A stretch of DNA of 64,000 nucleotides, from positions 55 to 64,054 of the forward strand of contig DATJNY010000063.1 in the NCBI GenBank assembly GCA_035507575.1. The letters run 5' to 3'. Source of the stretch: Thermoplasmata archaeon. Its GTDB lineage: Archaea; Thermoplasmatota; Thermoplasmata; Lutacidiplasmatales; UBA184. The position numbers and the translations under genes were made by a program. Below, one piece after another: positions 1 through 10,400 of the stretch (position 1 is its first letter; each line of letters begins with the position of its first letter). Under the pieces are notes generated by a model. It saw only the letters and a program-made list of their open reading frames with translations, did no database searches and was not told the DNA's origin.

Positions 1-1587
1 ATCCGGAAGGTGCCCGATCAGTGGTTCCTCCGGTACAGCGACCCGGAGTGGAAGCGGGAAACCCTCGAGGTCGTGCGCGCGCTCTCGACCTGGCCGCCCG
101 AGTACGCCGCCGAACTGCCCGGGATCGTCGAGTGGTTCGGCGACCGCCCCTGCGCGCGCAAGGGGCCGTGGCTCGGAACGCCGCTCCCCCAGGATCCCGC
201 GTGGATCGTGGAGCCGATCGCCGACTCGACGTTCTACATGGCCTACTTCCTCGTGCGACGGTTCGTGAGCGCCGGACGACTCCTCCCCGGGCAGCTCACC
301 GATGCGTTCTTCGACCATGTGTTCCGGGGCATCGGCCCGGGCGAGCCCACGGTGCCCGCCGCGCTTCAGTCCGAAGTGCGGGAGGAGTTCCTCTACTGGT
401 ACCCCCTCGACATCAACATGGGGGGCCACGAGCACAAGAGCGTCCACTTCCCGGTCTTCCTCTACACCCATGCCCGGCTCGTCGCGCGAGAGCTCCAGCC
501 GCGCGCGATCTTCGTGAACGGCTGGATCACTGGGACGACGGGTTCGAAGCTCTCCAAGAAGGAGGTCGGCTCGAAGGGCGGCAAGATCCCTCCGATCGAC
601 GGCGCGCTCGAGCGATGGGGCGCGGACGCCCTGCGCCTGTACTACGTCAGCGCGGCCTCTCCGTCGGCGGACGTCGAGTGGAGCTCGGAGAGCGTCGACG
701 CGGCCCGCGACCGCCTCGCCGAGATCGAGCGCATGGTGGCGGAGACCCGCGGCGATGCCCGGGGCTCTCCCGAGCTCGACGCCTGGCTGTTCTCTCGGCT
801 CCACGCGCTGATCCGTCGCGTGCGGGAGTGCCTCGCCGCGGCCGACCTTCGCCCCGTCGCCGAGGAGATCTACGTCACCCTGCCGGCGCTCCTGCGGCGG
901 TACTACGCCCGCGGCGGGGCCGCGTCGGCGGCCACCGACCGCGTCGGCCGGGCCTGGACGGTGCTGCTCTCGCCGATCACTCCGCACCTCGCGGAGGAGC
1001 TCGGCGCGGGGCGATTCGACTCCCTGGTCGCCCTCCAGCCGTTCCCGGATCCCGAGGCGTTCCCCCGCTCGCCCGAGGCGGAGGCCCGGGAAGAGTATCT
1101 CGAGCGCGTCGAGGACGACCTGCGCGCGGTGCTGCGGCCCGGGCGAGAACGGGGCGAGGCGCTCCCCTCGGCGGCCGTTTTCTATGTCGCCGCGCCGTGG
1201 AAAGCGCCGATCGAGGCGTGGATGCGGGAGGCCCTCGCCCGCGGCGAGACCCCCACGGTCGGCGCGATCATGGCCCGGGTCGCCGCCCACCCCGAGCTCA
1301 CCGGCTTTCGATCGGAGATCCCGAAGTTCGTCCAGCGCGTCGCACCGATGCTGCGCTCGGAGCCGTCCACCTCGCCGCTCGCGCTCGACGAGGCCGACAC
1401 GTTGCGCGCCGCCGAGGCGTACCTCGTGCGCCGATTCGGATTCTCTTCGGTGTCCGTGTACGCGGAGGCCGAAGGGGCCGCGCACGATCCGATGAACCGG
1501 AGGGATCGGGCGCGACCGGGCCGGCCGGCGTTCTACCTGATCCGCCCGCCGCTCCCGGACGAGCCCCGCAGGAGTCCCGGGAACTAG
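1..1587 (+). CDS. leuS: Leucyl-tRNA synthetase, C-terminal part (5' end outside window)
   Basis: Frame is open from nt 1. Class-I aaRS features 'YWYPLDINMGGHEH' and KMSKS-type loop 'GSKLSKKE'. Archaeal LeuRS-like 'WFLRYSDPEWK' and 'IADSTFYMAYF'. Confidence 0.8.
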   Translation: MRKVPDQWFLRYSDPEWKRETLEVVRALSTWPPEYAAELPGIVEWFGDRPCARKGPWLGTPLPQDPAWIVEPIADSTFYMAYFLVRRFVSAGRLLPGQLTDAFFDHVFRGIGPGEPTVPAALQSEVREEFLYWYPLDINMGGHEHKSVHFPVFLYTHARLVARELQPRAIFVNGWITGTTGSKLSKKEVGSKGGKIPPIDGALERWGADALRLYYVSAASPSADVEWSSESVDAARDRLAEIERMVAETRGDARGSPELDAWLFSRLHALIRRVRECLAAADLRPVAEEIYVTLPALLRRYYARGGAASAATDRVGRAWTVLLSPITPHLAEELGAGRFDSLVALQPFPDPEAFPRSPEAEAREEYLERVEDDLRAVLRPGRERGEALPSAAVFYVAAPWKAPIEAWMREALARGETPTVGAIMARVAAHPELTGFRSEIPKFVQRVAPMLRSEPSTSPLALDEADTLRAAEAYLVRRFGFSSVSVYAEAEGAAHDPMNRRDRARPGRPAFYLIRPPLPDEPRRSPGN

Positions 1588-2138
1588 CGCCGCTTCCCCC
1601 CGCGGGGGAAGTTCAGGAACATCCGCGACGGAGTCGGGTGAGCCGACACGGTGCGGTACTTGGCGGAGCGCTTCGCGGAGTAACTGCGGCGGACCGCGCC
1701 CGAGATCTCGAAGTAGATCAGTTGGCCCACGGGCATCCCCGCGTACACGCGCACGGGGAGCTTCACGCTCATCTCGAGCGTCCAGTAGTTGCAGAACCCC
1801 TCATCGCCCTTCCCCGCCGTCGAGTGGATGTCGATGCCGAGCCGTCCCACGCTCGACTTTCCCTCGAGGAACGGTACGAAGCCGTGGGTCTCGGTGTACT
1901 CCTGGGTCACCCCGAGATAGAGCTGGCCCGGGACGAGGACGTACCCGGCCTTCGGGATCCGGAACTCGTCGACGGGATTCGCCGACCGGGCATCCAGCGC
2001 GCCCGTCCGATAGGTCGCGAGATACGGCCCGAGATGCACGTCGTAGGAGTTCGTCCCGAGGCAATCCCGGCGGAACGGCCGGATCACGATCCGGCCCCGG
2101 CGCATCTCGTCGAGGATCTTCGTGTCGGAGAGGATCAT
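1584..2138 (-). CDS. dcd: dCTP deaminase
   Basis: N-terminus 'MILSDTKILDEMRRGRIVIRPF' and 'GKSSVGRLGIDIHSTAG'. 184 aa is a typical length. 4-nt convergent overlap with the leuS stop. Confidence 0.9.
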   Translation of the reverse strand: MILSDTKILDEMRRGRIVIRPFRRDCLGTNSYDVHLGPYLATYRTGALDARSANPVDEFRIPKAGYVLVPGQLYLGVTQEYTETHGFVPFLEGKSSVGRLGIDIHSTAGKGDEGFCNYWTLEMSVKLPVRVYAGMPVGQLIYFEISGAVRRSYSAKRSAKYRTVSAHPTPSRMFLNFPRGGKRR

Positions 2139-2167
2139 GCCGAGCCGGGCGCGCCGAGCCGGACTGG

Positions 2168-3028
2168 TTATTTAACGGGCGGCGCGGGCGCCTCCGACGA
2201 CTCGATCGCGATCGCGGCGTACCCCACGACCTCGCGCATCGGCTCGGCCTCGCCCGAGTGGCCCCATCGGAGCAGTCGGGGCGTAAGCTGCTCGTCCCTC
2301 AGGGCGCAGAGCAACGCCGTCGTGGGGGCGATCCCGCACATCGAGATGTCGTTCGCGACCACGGTATCGTAGAGGCGGCGCGGATCGCGGGCGAGGATCG
2401 CGTCGATCGCCATCCGGTCCAATCGCTCGGCGGTGGCCGCGGGCACGTAATGGGAGAAGTCGGTCGAGGCGAGCACCAGGACGTCGCGGCCGCGGATCGC
2501 GTCCCGGACCACCTCGCCGACCTTCTCGAGGAACGCGAACGGTCCGAATCGGACCTGCAGCGCCACGAATCTCGGGTCGGGGAGCACGTACTGGAGGAAC
2601 GGAAGCTGTACCTCGATGGAGTGTTCGGCGAGCTGGGCCTCCTCGTCGACCCCGAGCGGGGCGCGGTCGAGCGCCCGCACGAGATCGTGATCCGTCGCGA
2701 CGGGCCCGAGCGGGGTCGACCACGCCCGATCCGACAGGGCCGCTTCCCCGCGCCCGTGGTGGTCGACGCCAAGGATCAGCACCGTCTCCGGGGCCCGCTG
2801 CGCCGCGAGCTCGGCGTAGGCGAGCGCCGCGATCGGTCCCGAGTACGGGTACCCCGCGTGCGGCACGACGGCCGCGCGGAGCGGTCGACGCGCGCTCCGA
2901 TGGCGGGGCGGCAAGGCCCCCGGACCCCGCGCGTCGAGGAAGCACGACTCGACCTGCTTCGCGAGCGCCTGGCCGTCCGCCTCGTAGAATTGGCCGGCGA
3001 CCGCGGGGGGACGGGGGGTCGCCGCCAT
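2168..3028 (-). CDS. MEMO1 / AmmeMemoRadiSam system protein B family protein
   Basis: 'VAGQFYEAD' N-terminal motif, 'VVPHAGYPYSGP', 'GVDHHG' and 'EHSIEVQLPFLQ' metal-site-like motifs. 286 aa. Confidence 0.8.
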   Translation of the reverse strand: MAATPRPPAVAGQFYEADGQALAKQVESCFLDARGPGALPPRHRSARRPLRAAVVPHAGYPYSGPIAALAYAELAAQRAPETVLILGVDHHGRGEAALSDRAWSTPLGPVATDHDLVRALDRAPLGVDEEAQLAEHSIEVQLPFLQYVLPDPRFVALQVRFGPFAFLEKVGEVVRDAIRGRDVLVLASTDFSHYVPAATAERLDRMAIDAILARDPRRLYDTVVANDISMCGIAPTTALLCALRDEQLTPRLLRWGHSGEAEPMREVVGYAAIAIESSEAPAPPVK

Positions 3029-3035
3029 CTCCCCC

Positions 3036-3458
3036 TCAGGGAGCGGAGAGCTCCGCCACGACGTCCCGAGCCTGGTCGTCGGTGAGCTTGACCCGGGCCG
3101 ACGGATGGAACGGATTCGCCTCGCCGTAGCGCGGGATGACGTGGAAGTGGAGGTGGAAGACGATCTGGCCGGCCTTGGCGCCGGCGTTGAGCGCCACGTT
3201 GTAATCCGGGGCGAGGCGCTCCGCGCGCCGCACCATCCGCTCGAGGGTCTGGATGACCGCCGCCTGGTCCGCGTGTCCGAAATCCGTCAATCGAGCCCCG
3301 TGCCGTTTCGGGATCACGAGAAGATGTCCTCGCGTGAACGGGAAGAGGTCCAGGAAGGCGAGCGTCTTCTCGTCCTCGAAGACCTTGTACGCCGGCGCCG
3401 TGCCGGCGACGATGTCGCAGAAGACGCACTTCGGCCCCGGCTCCGAGGGGAGTGGCAT
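3036..3458 (-). CDS. HIT family (histidine triad) nucleotide hydrolase/transferase
   Basis: 'CVFCDIVAG..AYKVFEDEKTLAFLD', 'GHLLVIPKRH' and histidine triad 'HLHFHVIPR'. Start trimmed to the ATG at 3458 (MPLPSEPG), which lies about 30 nt downstream of a TTTATC box. Confidence 0.85.
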   Translation of the reverse strand: MPLPSEPGPKCVFCDIVAGTAPAYKVFEDEKTLAFLDLFPFTRGHLLVIPKRHGARLTDFGHADQAAVIQTLERMVRRAERLAPDYNVALNAGAKAGQIVFHLHFHVIPRYGEANPFHPSARVKLTDDQARDVVAELSAP

Positions 3459-3481
3459 TTCCGGCCCCGACCTCGCTTCGG

Positions 3482-3489
3482 GATAAAGG
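3482..3489 (-). promoter_or_regulatory. TATA-like box (CCTTTATC) for the HIT gene
   Basis: A/T-rich octamer in GC-rich DNA, about 30 nt upstream of the ATG at 3458. Confidence 0.4.
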
Positions 3490-3550
3490 CTTGAGTACGT
3501 CCCCCCGCGGTGAGTCGCCCTCATTAGGAGTGCCGGGCCTTCTCTTCCCG

Positions 3551-5869
3551 ATGCGCACCCCAATCGCGGTGCTCGCGGTGGTGGTCGCGGCGCTCGTCCT
3601 CGGGTCTCCTCTCGCGGTCGGTGCCGCCGCCTCGCCGGCCGCGCCCCGCACGGAGGCACCGCTCGCCCTCACCACCGATGCCGTCTCCGTGCCGTACGGG
3701 AGCCTGGTGACGCCGGTGCCCGGCGCGACCCCGCTTACGGTCTCGCTGACGCTCGCCTACCCCGATCCGGGGGGACTCGAGCGATACCTCGCCGCGATCG
3801 AGGATCCCGCCTCCCCGCTCTACCGCGCCTATCTGACCCACTCGGAGTTCGAAGCGACCTTCGCGCCGACGGCTCCGAGCGTCTCCGCCGTCGTAGGGAC
3901 CCTGGAAGCGGCGGGGGCGGGTTCGGTCACGGTCGCCCCGGACCGGCTCAGCGTGCTCGCGACCCTGCCCGCCGCATCGGTCGATTCCCTGTTCGGGGTT
4001 CGGATGGTCGACTTCGCCGAGGTGGGGGGAGCGCCCCTCTACACGGCGATCGGCACGCCGAAGGTGCCGGGCCTGCTCGCCGGGCTCGTCTCGGGGATCT
4101 CCGGCCTCAGCAACGCGGCCGATGTGCGCCTCTCCCTCGATCTCGCGGCGAGCCCGGTCACTCCGGTCCGGCCCGCGGCGAGTCCGGGCCAGTTCGCGCT
4201 GAACAATTCCACGGGCACCCAGTGGTTCGTCGGCTCGGACTTCACGCAGGCGTTCAAAGCGGTCCAGCTGTTCCCCGGCAACGAGAGCGAGGTCAGCCCG
4301 ATCAACGCCACCTATCCGACGCACGTCGCCATCGCCACCCTCCTCGCGAGCGGCTACAACGAGACCAACGGGACGAACACCCCGCCGTGGGATCCCGCGG
4401 TGATCGACGCGTACTTCAACGACACCTTCCCGACCAGCGGGAATGCCACGGCCTGGCCGATCTCGAACCTGACCGGAGTGCCGGTGAACATCTCCGGGAT
4501 CCTGCCGCCGCTTCCGGGCTCCTTCGGCGGGGTCAACGACTCCTCGCTGGACGAGTTCGAGAACTCCCTCGATCTCGAGATGGCCGGGAGCCTCGCACCG
4601 GGCGCCCCGCTCTACAACTTCTACTTCGCGGGGAGCCTTCTGACGAACGCGGTGAGCGACGCCGACGTCGCGTCGTTCTTCGACCAGGACCTCGCCGCCG
4701 CCCTCTCCTACAACTACACTCCGGCCCGCCTCGGCGTGGTCTCGGCCTCCTTCGGCATCACCGACCTCAACGATTCGACCTGGAATCAGGAACTCGAGGA
4801 GGCCGCGGTCACCGGCGTCACCGTCGTGGCGGCGAGCGGGGACCAGGGGAACGCGCCCAACGACCTCTCGGGTCGGGACAACGGGCCGTGGCTGATCTGG
4901 CCCGCGTCGGTCGGCTTCAACACGTCGGGGGTCGTCTCCGTCGGCGGGGTCTCGCTCGGCTTCACCGGCACGCCGAACGGATGGGTGAACGAGACGACGA
5001 TCTCGGTGGGGTACGACTACGACCTCGGGAACCTCACCGACGTGGCCGCCTGGTGGGACACCCTCGGCGGGCCCGGCGCGTACTCGGGCACCGAAGGCGG
5101 CGTGAGCGTGGTCTACCCCGAGCCCAGCTGGCAGTTCCACTCGGCCGCCCAGCCGAACATCGTGAACTACACGGTGACGCAGGGGACCGGCGCGCTCGGC
5201 CGGGCGGCGCCGGACGTCGCGTTCCCCGCGAACTCGACGATCGCGTTTGTCGAGGCGGACCAGTACGGCAACATCTACGCGTCGCTGCTCGAGGGCACGA
5301 GCATCGCGGCCCCGGCGTTCTCGGGGTTGCTCGCGGACGTCATCGCGGTCGCGACCCACCGGTTCGGGTTCGTCGACCCGGAGCTCTACCGCATCGCGAG
5401 CTACTTCACCGCCCATCCCAGCCCCACGAACGCCTACTACGACGTGACGAACGGGACGAACTACGCGTTCGCGTCCACGACGGGCTGGGACGCCCTCACG
5501 GGGTGGGGGATCCCGATCGGCCCGCTGCTCTACGCCGCCGACGCGACCCCGGCGATCCGGAACTACGAGTACACCGGCCCGACCCCGGTCCTGCCGGTCC
5601 CCGCACCGGCCGCCTCCGTTCCCTGGGTCGAGATCTACATCATCTTCGGGGTCGGGGCGATCGTCGCGATCCTGCTCGTCGTCGTGATGGCGCGGCCCGG
5701 GCGGAGCCCCAACGCGCCGCCGCCCGGAGCGTCGTACCGGCCGTTGCCGCCGCCTCCGCCGGGCTCGTTCCCCACGTCGGCGTACGACGGGGCGACGTTC
5801 CTCTGCCCGTACTGCGGGGCGCTGCGCCCGGCGGAACCCGTGCGCTGCCCCCGGTGCGGCGCGCTCTAG
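3551..5869 (+). CDS. Sedolisin (peptidase S53) with pro-kumamolisin activation domain, C-terminal TM anchor and zinc-ribbon tail
   Basis: Signal/TM 'MRTPIAVLAVVVAALVLGSPLAVGA'. Propeptide-like 'LERYLAAIEDPASPLYRAYLTHSEF'. Catalytic motifs 'SLDLEMAG', 'AASGDQG' and 'EGTSIAAP'. TM 'IYIIFGVGAIVAILLVVVMA'. Terminal 'CPYCGALRPAEPVRCPRCGAL'. Start trimmed to the ATG at 3551. Confidence 0.8.
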   Translation: MRTPIAVLAVVVAALVLGSPLAVGAAASPAAPRTEAPLALTTDAVSVPYGSLVTPVPGATPLTVSLTLAYPDPGGLERYLAAIEDPASPLYRAYLTHSEFEATFAPTAPSVSAVVGTLEAAGAGSVTVAPDRLSVLATLPAASVDSLFGVRMVDFAEVGGAPLYTAIGTPKVPGLLAGLVSGISGLSNAADVRLSLDLAASPVTPVRPAASPGQFALNNSTGTQWFVGSDFTQAFKAVQLFPGNESEVSPINATYPTHVAIATLLASGYNETNGTNTPPWDPAVIDAYFNDTFPTSGNATAWPISNLTGVPVNISGILPPLPGSFGGVNDSSLDEFENSLDLEMAGSLAPGAPLYNFYFAGSLLTNAVSDADVASFFDQDLAAALSYNYTPARLGVVSASFGITDLNDSTWNQELEEAAVTGVTVVAASGDQGNAPNDLSGRDNGPWLIWPASVGFNTSGVVSVGGVSLGFTGTPNGWVNETTISVGYDYDLGNLTDVAAWWDTLGGPGAYSGTEGGVSVVYPEPSWQFHSAAQPNIVNYTVTQGTGALGRAAPDVAFPANSTIAFVEADQYGNIYASLLEGTSIAAPAFSGLLADVIAVATHRFGFVDPELYRIASYFTAHPSPTNAYYDVTNGTNYAFASTTGWDALTGWGIPIGPLLYAADATPAIRNYEYTGPTPVLPVPAPAASVPWVEIYIIFGVGAIVAILLVVVMARPGRSPNAPPPGASYRPLPPPPPGSFPTSAYDGATFLCPYCGALRPAEPVRCPRCGAL

Positions 5870-5879
5870 GCGTTCGCCG

Positions 5880-6518
5880 CTAGAGCGCGGCGGGCGGCTC
5901 CGCGTCGGGAGGGGTCGGCGCCGCTTCGGCCGGGGTGCCGCTCGGCGGCTCGGGGGGTGGGCTCGCCGCCTCGGGGGTCGGCTCGCCCGGCGCCGGGGCC
6001 GGCGGGACGCCGAGCTTCTGTTCGAGGAACCGGCGGATCTCCTCCGGTCGGGTCGAGGCGATCCCGAAGTACTCGGCGAAGCGCCGGGTCGTGGTGAGTT
6101 CGAGGGTCGAGCCCTTCGGCTCCGTGTGGACGAGTCCGATCGTCCGGAGGTGCTGGACCTCCTCGTAGGCAACGTCCCCGATCATCCGCACCAGGTGGCT
6201 CTGGAGGATCGGTTGGTGGTAGGCGACCAGCGTGAGGGCCTTCACCGTCCGGGGCGCCATCTCGACCGGGGTGACCGAATGGACGGTCGGAACGTACCGC
6301 TCCTCGAGCTGGAGCGCGTACCGGTCCCCGACCTTCCGGACCTCGAGGGCGGACTGGCGGTTCGCGTACGTCTTCTCGAGCGTGCGGACCGCCGCGAGGA
6401 CGGGCCGGTAGTCGCCGACACCCAGGGCGTCGGTGATCTCCTTCACGCTCATCGGCTTCCCGGCGGCGAACAGCACGGCCTCGACCTGGAAGACCAGGTC
6501 ATCGAGCTTCGACGGCAT
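5880..6518 (-). CDS. scpB: Segregation and condensation protein B
   Basis: 'LVFQVEAVLFAAGKPMSVKEITDALG' winged-helix ScpB signature. Lies directly after scpA with a 1-nt spacer. Pro/Ala/Glu-rich C-terminal tail. Confidence 0.8.
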   Translation of the reverse strand: MPSKLDDLVFQVEAVLFAAGKPMSVKEITDALGVGDYRPVLAAVRTLEKTYANRQSALEVRKVGDRYALQLEERYVPTVHSVTPVEMAPRTVKALTLVAYHQPILQSHLVRMIGDVAYEEVQHLRTIGLVHTEPKGSTLELTTTRRFAEYFGIASTRPEEIRRFLEQKLGVPPAPAPGEPTPEAASPPPEPPSGTPAEAAPTPPDAEPPAAL

Positions 6519-6519
6519 C

Positions 6520-7476
6520 TTACTCCTCCTCGACCACGACCCGGCGCGCATCGGCCAATCGGACGATCATCACCGGGCTCACTCCCAGGGACTCCTGCCG
6601 AAGGTCGATCGAGCGCTCGCGGGCGAGGAAGAGGGCGGCGAGGAAGAGCGCGACGAGGCGGTCGCGTCCCGAGAGGGGATTCCAGAGGTGGAGGAGGGGG
6701 AACGGCTCCCCGACCGGATGGTGGAGCGCGGCCTCCCACGTGTCGGCGAGGTCGTGCTCGGGCAGGTCGCCGTGGACCAACACCTCGGGCGGAGCACGCT
6801 GCTCCTCCCTCAGGCGGTCCCGGAGCTCCTGGATCCGGACGGCGCGTCGGGCGTCGGCCTCGGCCTCCCCGAACGCCTTCACGAGTTCGAGCAACGAGAC
6901 CGGCCGCGTCTCGGGATGGCGCACCATCTCGAGCAGCGGGGGCGCGTCGATCGAGTCGAGGACCGCCGAGGTGACGTCGACGGCCTCGGGGGAGTCCATG
7001 AGCGGCAGGTAGCTCTCGTCGAGCGGGCTCGCCTCGAGGTCGGGGCCCGAAGCCCCCGGTGCGGCCTCCTGGCGCGCCTTGAGCAGCTCCTCGGACTGCA
7101 GGTAGAGGATGCTCCAGGCCATGTAGACCAGCCGACCCGCGATCGCGAAGTTGACCGCGCCGTCGGACTGGACCCGCTCGAGGTACGATTGCGTGAACTT
7201 GACGAGGTCGATCTCCCACGGATCGAACTCCTCCTCCATCACGAGCTCGAAGAGGAGGGCCATCGCCTTCTGGAACGGGTCGGGGATCACGAGATGGACG
7301 CCTTCCTTGAGATTGGTCACGAGATTCAGGTACCGCTCGAGGAGGACGGACGTGTCCTCGGACTCGCCGAGCAGCGAGCGGTGGAAGACGAGGTACTGGA
7401 GGACCTTCTCCGCCGCCTCCCGGGGCACCGCGTTCGGCGCGCCGAGCGCCTCGACCTCGAGCGCCGGGGTCGTCAC
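6520..7476 (-). CDS. scpA: Segregation and condensation protein A (kleisin)
   Basis: Position between smc and scpB, with a 4-nt overlap with the smc stop. Size 318 aa. 'FDPWEIDLVKFT' ScpA-like motif. Confidence 0.75.
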   Translation of the reverse strand: MTTPALEVEALGAPNAVPREAAEKVLQYLVFHRSLLGESEDTSVLLERYLNLVTNLKEGVHLVIPDPFQKAMALLFELVMEEEFDPWEIDLVKFTQSYLERVQSDGAVNFAIAGRLVYMAWSILYLQSEELLKARQEAAPGASGPDLEASPLDESYLPLMDSPEAVDVTSAVLDSIDAPPLLEMVRHPETRPVSLLELVKAFGEAEADARRAVRIQELRDRLREEQRAPPEVLVHGDLPEHDLADTWEAALHHPVGEPFPLLHLWNPLSGRDRLVALFLAALFLARERSIDLRQESLGVSPVMIVRLADARRVVVEEE

Positions 7477-10400
7477 TTCGCCTCCAGCGCGGGGGGCTCG
7501 GGCTCGTGGGCGTGGGCGCCCTCCCGGCTCTCCACGTCATGGATGTCGTCGAGGTGGATCCCGATCACGCGGGAACATCCGTCCCCGTGCATCGTGACCC
7601 CGTAGAGCTGGCTCGCGAACTTGAGGGTGACCTTCCGGAGCGAGATCACGACGAATTGCGCCCGCTCGGCGTTGTGCCGGAGCATGCGTCCGACGTACTC
7701 CGCGTTGAGCCCGTCGAGCGACATGTCGACCTCGTCGAAGACGTAGAGGGGGCTCGGGTCGTACCGCTGCAGCGAGAAGATGAACGCGAGGCTCGCGAGC
7801 GACTTTTCGCCGCCGGAGAGTTGTTCCAGGCGCGCGACGGTCTTCCCCACCGGTCGGGCCTTGATCAGGAGGCCTCCCGCGAGCGGATCGTCCGGGTTCT
7901 CGAGGGCGATCTCCCCCTCGCCGCCCGCGGAGAGCTCGCCGTAGATCTCCTTGTAGTTCGCGTTGACCTGGACGACGACCTCGTTGATCTTCTCCCGCTT
8001 CTTCTTCTCGATCTCCTCGACGAGACCGGTCAGCTCGGTCTTCTCGGTCGTCAAGCGCGTGACCTCGCCGCCGAACTCGTCCAGGCGAGACTTCTCGGCG
8101 TCGTAGTCCTCGATAGCTCGGAGGTTGACGTCGCCGAGCGCCGCCAACTGCTGCTCGAGCCCGGTCAGCTGGCGCTTGAGCTCCTCGATCGACATCGGCT
8201 TCTCCCCGGCCTCGGGCTCGGGGTACTGCTTCAGCGCTTCCTCGAGTTCCTGGAACCGCTTCTCGGCGACCGCGAGCCGGGTCTCCTCCTGCGTCAGGAG
8301 GGATCGGCGGGTCTCGAGGTTCGCCTGGGCCTCGCCGAGCTTCCGGGTGAGCGTCAGTCGCTCCTCTTCGAAGGCGCGCTTCTTCTCCGCCTGCGCCTTC
8401 TGGGCCTCGGACTGCTTCGACTCGACGGACTTCAACGCGTCGAGCGCCTCCTTGGCGGCGAGGACGGCCTTCTCGGTCTGGGCGATCTCCTTCTTCTTCG
8501 CCGTCACCGCCACCCGGGCGGTGTCGAGCTCCTTCTTTCGGCCGTCGAGGTTGGCCACGAGGGCGGAGAGGGAGGCCCGCGTCGACTCGAGTTCCCCGTT
8601 GACGCGGACGCGCTCCTCCGAGGTCTTCTGGGCGGCTTCCTGGAGCGCCCGGAGCTTCGCCCCGAGCGCCTCGGGCAACTGTCCGAGGTACTGCTCCTGG
8701 GCCTTCGCGATCGACGCCTTCAGCGTCGCGATCTGATCGGTGAGCTCCCGGACGGTCGCGTCCGCCTTCGCGAACGCGGCCTCGGCCTTCCGCTGCTCCG
8801 CGGAGGCGGAGTCGATGCGCTCCCGGGCGCCGGCGAGTCGGCCGCGCGCCGCGACCAGGTCCTTTTCGAGGATCTGGCGGGAGGACTGGTGGGACTGGTC
8901 CTGGATCGAGCGCGTGGCCAACTCCTCGCTGACCGCGCGGATCCGCTCGGCGTTCTTCGAGAGGGTCTCGCGGGCCGCGCCTTCGGCGGCGCTCTTCTCC
9001 CGCAGCTCCTCGCCGAGTCGCTTCAGTTCGACGGCGCTGTCGGCGCCGCGGCCCTGGGCCGAGGGATCGAGGTACCCGCCCGAGATGGCGCCGGTCGCTT
9101 CGATCAGGTCGCCGCCCAGCGTGACGAGCCGCACGCCGCCCATCTGGCTCCGGGCGTGCGCGAGATCGTCCATCACGACCGTCTCGCCGAAGACGTACCA
9201 GAATGCGGGACGGAGCTCCTCGTCGAAGCGGACGAGGTCGATCGCAAAGCCGGTCGCACCGGCCGCCTTGGCCGCGACGAGCGACTTACCGTGCGGCCGG
9301 CCGGGGAGCATCTTGTTCAGAGGGAGGAAGGTCGCGCGCCCGCGTCGCTCGTTCCGAAGGAGCTGGATGCACCGCTCGGCGATCTCGTCCGACTCCACGA
9401 CGAGCGCCTGGAACCGGTTGCCGCCGGCGACCTGCAGCGCCGTCTTCACCTTCGGGTCGAACTCTGCGAGTTCCTCGACGGTGCCGCGGATCCCGGGGAG
9501 CTTCCCCAGGTTTCGCTGGGAGAGCAGGAAGTCCACGGCGGCGAGCTGGTTCGGTCGAGCCCCGGCTTCCGTTCGGGCTTTCAACCGGGCATCGAGGGCG
9601 AGGTACCGTCGGTTGATCTCGTTGACCTCCCGGGCGAGGCGTTCCGCCTCGGCCGTCAGGGACTTCTCTTGATTCTTGAGGGCGAAGAGCTCCTTCTGAA
9701 GCTCCCCGGTCGCGGGGCCGCCGGACCCCTTCGCGGGGCCGGTCTCCTTGATGCGGAGTTCGAGGTCCTTCACCTCGACCTCGCGTTCCCGGAGCTCGTC
9801 CTCGGCCTGGGCCTGCGTGCGTTCCGCCGCGTCCCGGGCGGCGTTCGCGGCCTCCCGGTCCTGGATCGCGCTCTGCCACGCCTTCTGGCGGGCGTCGTGC
9901 TGGCGCTCGAGCTCGAGTTGCTGCTTCCGCGCGGTCGCCATCTTCTCCCCGGGCCGTCCCGGGGTGCCGGTCGCGGCCTCGATCCCCTTCGTATCGTCGA
10001 CGGCCCGAGCCTCGAGCTCTTGGAGCTCCTCGGCGAGGGCGGTCTCCTGCTTCGTGTAGGTCGCGCGTTGCTTCTCGTCGGCGTCGACGGCCTTCGCGAG
10101 CTCGTCCGCCTGACCGGCCATCTCCTCGAGCGCGTCCCGCAGGTGGGCGAGGGTCTGGTCGAGCCGTGCGTACGCCATCCGCTTCTCGTCGAGCTCCGAC
10201 TTGAACTTCACCGCGGCCGCCCCGCCGGCTTCCGCGATCTCCCGATCGACCGCGTCGATCGAACGGGTCAGCTCGTCCTGTCGCGCGGAGAGTTCGCTCC
10301 GAGCCGTGTCGAGCTTCGCGATCTCGTCGCGCACCGTCTCGACCTGCTTCCGGCAGGTGAGAAGCTCCTGTTCGGCCATCCGATGGCCGGCGCGGGCGAG

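Noticed and set aside
3524-6172. 882-aa ORF on the minus strand, antisense to the S53 peptidase gene
   Set aside because: Extreme Arg/Pro/Gly/Asp composition with no motifs. It fully overlaps a well-supported gene on the other strand. This is a typical stop-codon-poor antisense frame of high-GC DNA.
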